Source of the DNA: a virus
Taxonomy: Duplodnaviria; Heunggongvirae; Uroviricota; Caudoviricetes
Length of the DNA: 7,415 nucleotides
Virus record (IMG/VR): IMGVR_UViG_2706794698_000011
Direction: 5' to 3' (one strand)
Below the pieces are notes generated by a model. It was not told where the DNA came from. It did not search any database and saw only the letters and a program-made list of their open reading frames with translations. The translations under genes and the position numbers were made by a program. Shown here one piece after another: positions 6,149 through 7,415 of the stretch. How positions within the stretch are numbered: the first letter of the stretch is position 1; each line of letters starts with the position of its first letter.

Positions 6149-6292
6149 CCCCCTGTGCGGAGGGGCAATCAGCGAGTAGGTATATGGGATAATCGCGGAT
6201 TCAGGTGCTGGTACTGAATTCACCGGGAGGCACCCGGCATCATGCAATGGCACATAGCGCCACTCTCCAGCCCTCTCCGGAGGGGCTTTTCT
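6149..6292 (+). other. GC-rich hairpin-dense non-coding stretch (candidate structured RNA or regulatory leader)
   Basis: Four local hairpins (6150-6165, 6197-6221, 6223-6237, 6270-6286), the last followed by CTTTTCT; no ORF over 30 codons on either strand. Confidence 0.3.
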
Positions 6293-6681
6293 GTGCCGGA
6301 TACATCACAGTTTCTGGAACCTTAGGTACTACAGTATCAGTCAGGGTGCTATATTTTCAGATGTGATGAAAGCCTGTCAGCAGGCAGGGCGTATCGGAAA
6401 TGACCCAGTAGAGAAAACNNNNNNNNNNNNNNNNNNNNNNNNNNNNNNNNNNNNNNNNNNNNNNNNNNNNNNNNNNNNNNNNNNNNNNNNNNNNNNNNNN
6501 NNNNNNNNNNNNNNNNNNNNNNNNNNNNNNNNNNNNNNNNNNNNNNNNNNNNNNNNNNNNNNNNNNNNNNNNNNNNNNNNNNNNNNNNNNNNNNNNNNNN
6601 NNNNNNNNNNNNNNNNNNNNNNNNNNNNNNNNNNNNNNNNNNNNNNNNNNNNNNNNNNNNNNNNNNNNNNNNNNNNNNNNN

Positions 6682-6981
6682 TTGCAGAGTGCAACGGTTA
6701 TTAAAGCATTCATTCAATACGTTATCTGTATTTGTAGGGCATTCCTGGCTATTTTTGATTGAATTCCAGAATGTTTTATTGAATGGTACTACGTTGTAAA
6801 TGGTTACAGGTAGCACTTTGTTATTGAGCATGATGCCTGTGTGAGTCAGTGTAAATATACTTTCAGGAGGTAAGAAAGCATCCGATTGATACCAGATTAT
6901 TAATTTTATTTTACTCCATATGACTGAAAAAGATATTCCGCATGATGGCTGGATAACTGTATCAATCACAATCCACTTCAT
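6682..6981 (-). CDS. AT-rich hypothetical protein (at least 100 aa visible; 3' part enters mask 6419-6681)
   Basis: ATG at 6981 with AAGGAAAC SD (complement of 6985-6992); about 35 percent GC versus over 50 percent around it; AT-biased codons (ATA, AAA, TTA, AAT); uninterrupted 100-codon ORF in AT-rich DNA. Confidence 0.6.
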
Positions 6982-7243
6982 TTAGTTTCCTTNNNNNNNN
7001 NNNNNNNNNNNNNNNNNNNNNNNNNNNNNNNNNNNNNNNNNNNNNNNNNNNNNNNNNNNNNNNNNNNNNNNNNNNNNNNNNNNNNNNNNNNNNNNNNNNN
7101 NNNNNNNNNNNNNNNNNNNNNNNNNNNNNNNNNNNNNNNNNNNNNNNNNNNNNNNNNNNNNNNNNNNNNNNNNNNNNNNNNNNNNNNNNNNNNNNNNNNN
7201 NNNNNNNNNNNNNNNNNNNNNNNNNNNNNNNNNNNNNNNNNNT

Positions 7244-7399
7244 GATGTTGTCAGGGCGGCGCCGCCGTCAGATCTTGCGGAAAAGCTGACACATAAACTG
7301 AAAGAGGGCTGGCAGCCGTTTGGTAGTCCGGTGGCCATAACCCCTTATACCCTGAGGTGTACTGGCAATAGCGGACACTACCATTTGTTCTTTTTTTAA
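7244..7399 (+). CDS. 3' end of a hypothetical protein (5' part inside mask 6993-7242)
   Basis: Open frame from the mask edge to TAA 7397-7399 with enteric codon usage (...KLKEGWQPFGSPVAITPYTLRCTGNSGHYHLFFF); the last 14 codons lie in the inverted repeat. Confidence 0.5.
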   Translation, partial: DVVRAAPPSDLAEKLTHKLKEGWQPFGSPVAITPYTLRCTGNSGHYHLFFF

Positions 7400-7415
7400 G
7401 CAGCCATCTGATGAT
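7353..7415. repeat. Right copy of 63-bp perfect inverted repeat (partner 36-98)
   Basis: Exact reverse-complement match to 36-98; contains the last 14 codons and stop of the + strand ORF ending at 7399. Confidence 0.9.

Noticed and set aside
5791-6168. Minus-strand ORF reading from 6168 into mask 5819-6068
   Set aside because: Only about 33 visible codons, starting at TTG, within a hairpin-dense GC-rich stretch, and it points into a region more likely to hold + strand tRNA genes.
4062-6360. Expected holin/endolysin lysis cassette or Shiga-toxin genes downstream of Q
   Set aside because: Searched by eye in all frames of the unmasked sequence; found no small multi-TM holin-like ORF, no lysozyme-like ORF and no Stx-like sequence, though they could lie in masks or beyond the window.
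6349-6418. Short coding-looking stretch between the hairpin region and mask 6419-6681, readable on both strands (plus from ATG 6366; minus as the in-frame tail of the AT-rich ORF)
   Set aside because: Only about 20 codons are visible on either strand, and GC content here is unlike the AT-rich gene, so neither reading can be supported.
3569-7338. ORFs in the track consisting mainly of X (for example 3569-3928, 3581-3904, 4589-4865, 5799-6083, 6357-6713, 6377-6694, 6982-7338)
   Set aside because: They exist only because N-runs contain no stop codons; the sequence gives no evidence for them.

Overview
This window reads as a lambdoid prophage segment from an enterobacterial genome (E. coli/Shigella-like codon usage, many Chi octamers), with nearly all genes on the + strand. 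In order: a translationally coupled array of small ORFs (67-896); an apparently intact hok/mok/sok type I toxin-antitoxin locus (904-1353); a small ORF with a candidate -1 frameshift site (1484-1839); a DUF968/NinG-like protein with a Cys/His cluster (1841-2899); RusA Holliday-junction resolvase (2900-3280); a lambda-Q-family late antiterminator (3277-4026) followed by a pR'-like promoter and tR'-like terminator; a small putative winged-helix protein with its own terminator (4251-4461); the visible 3' part of a DNA amino-methyltransferase (to 5661); a tRNA with CAU anticodon (5701-5776) plus the start of a second tRNA; a GC-rich hairpin-dense non-coding stretch (about 6149-6292); an AT-rich minus-strand gene of unknown function (start 6981); and the 3' end of another + strand gene (to 7399). 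No lysis genes and no toxin genes are visible, although the Q-tRNA-cargo layout resembles Stx-type phages. Five N-masked runs (3624-3891, 4609-4858, 5819-6068, 6419-6681, 6993-7242) hide about 1.3 kb; the Q reading frame is preserved across its mask, so the masks appear to be in place. A 63-bp perfect inverted repeat lies at the two window edges (36-98 and 7353-7415). The most likely candidates for something new are the AT-rich cargo gene and the hairpin-dense stretch beside it, but the flanking masks prevent a firm call. All product names come from motif recognition by eye; no searches or folding programs were run.
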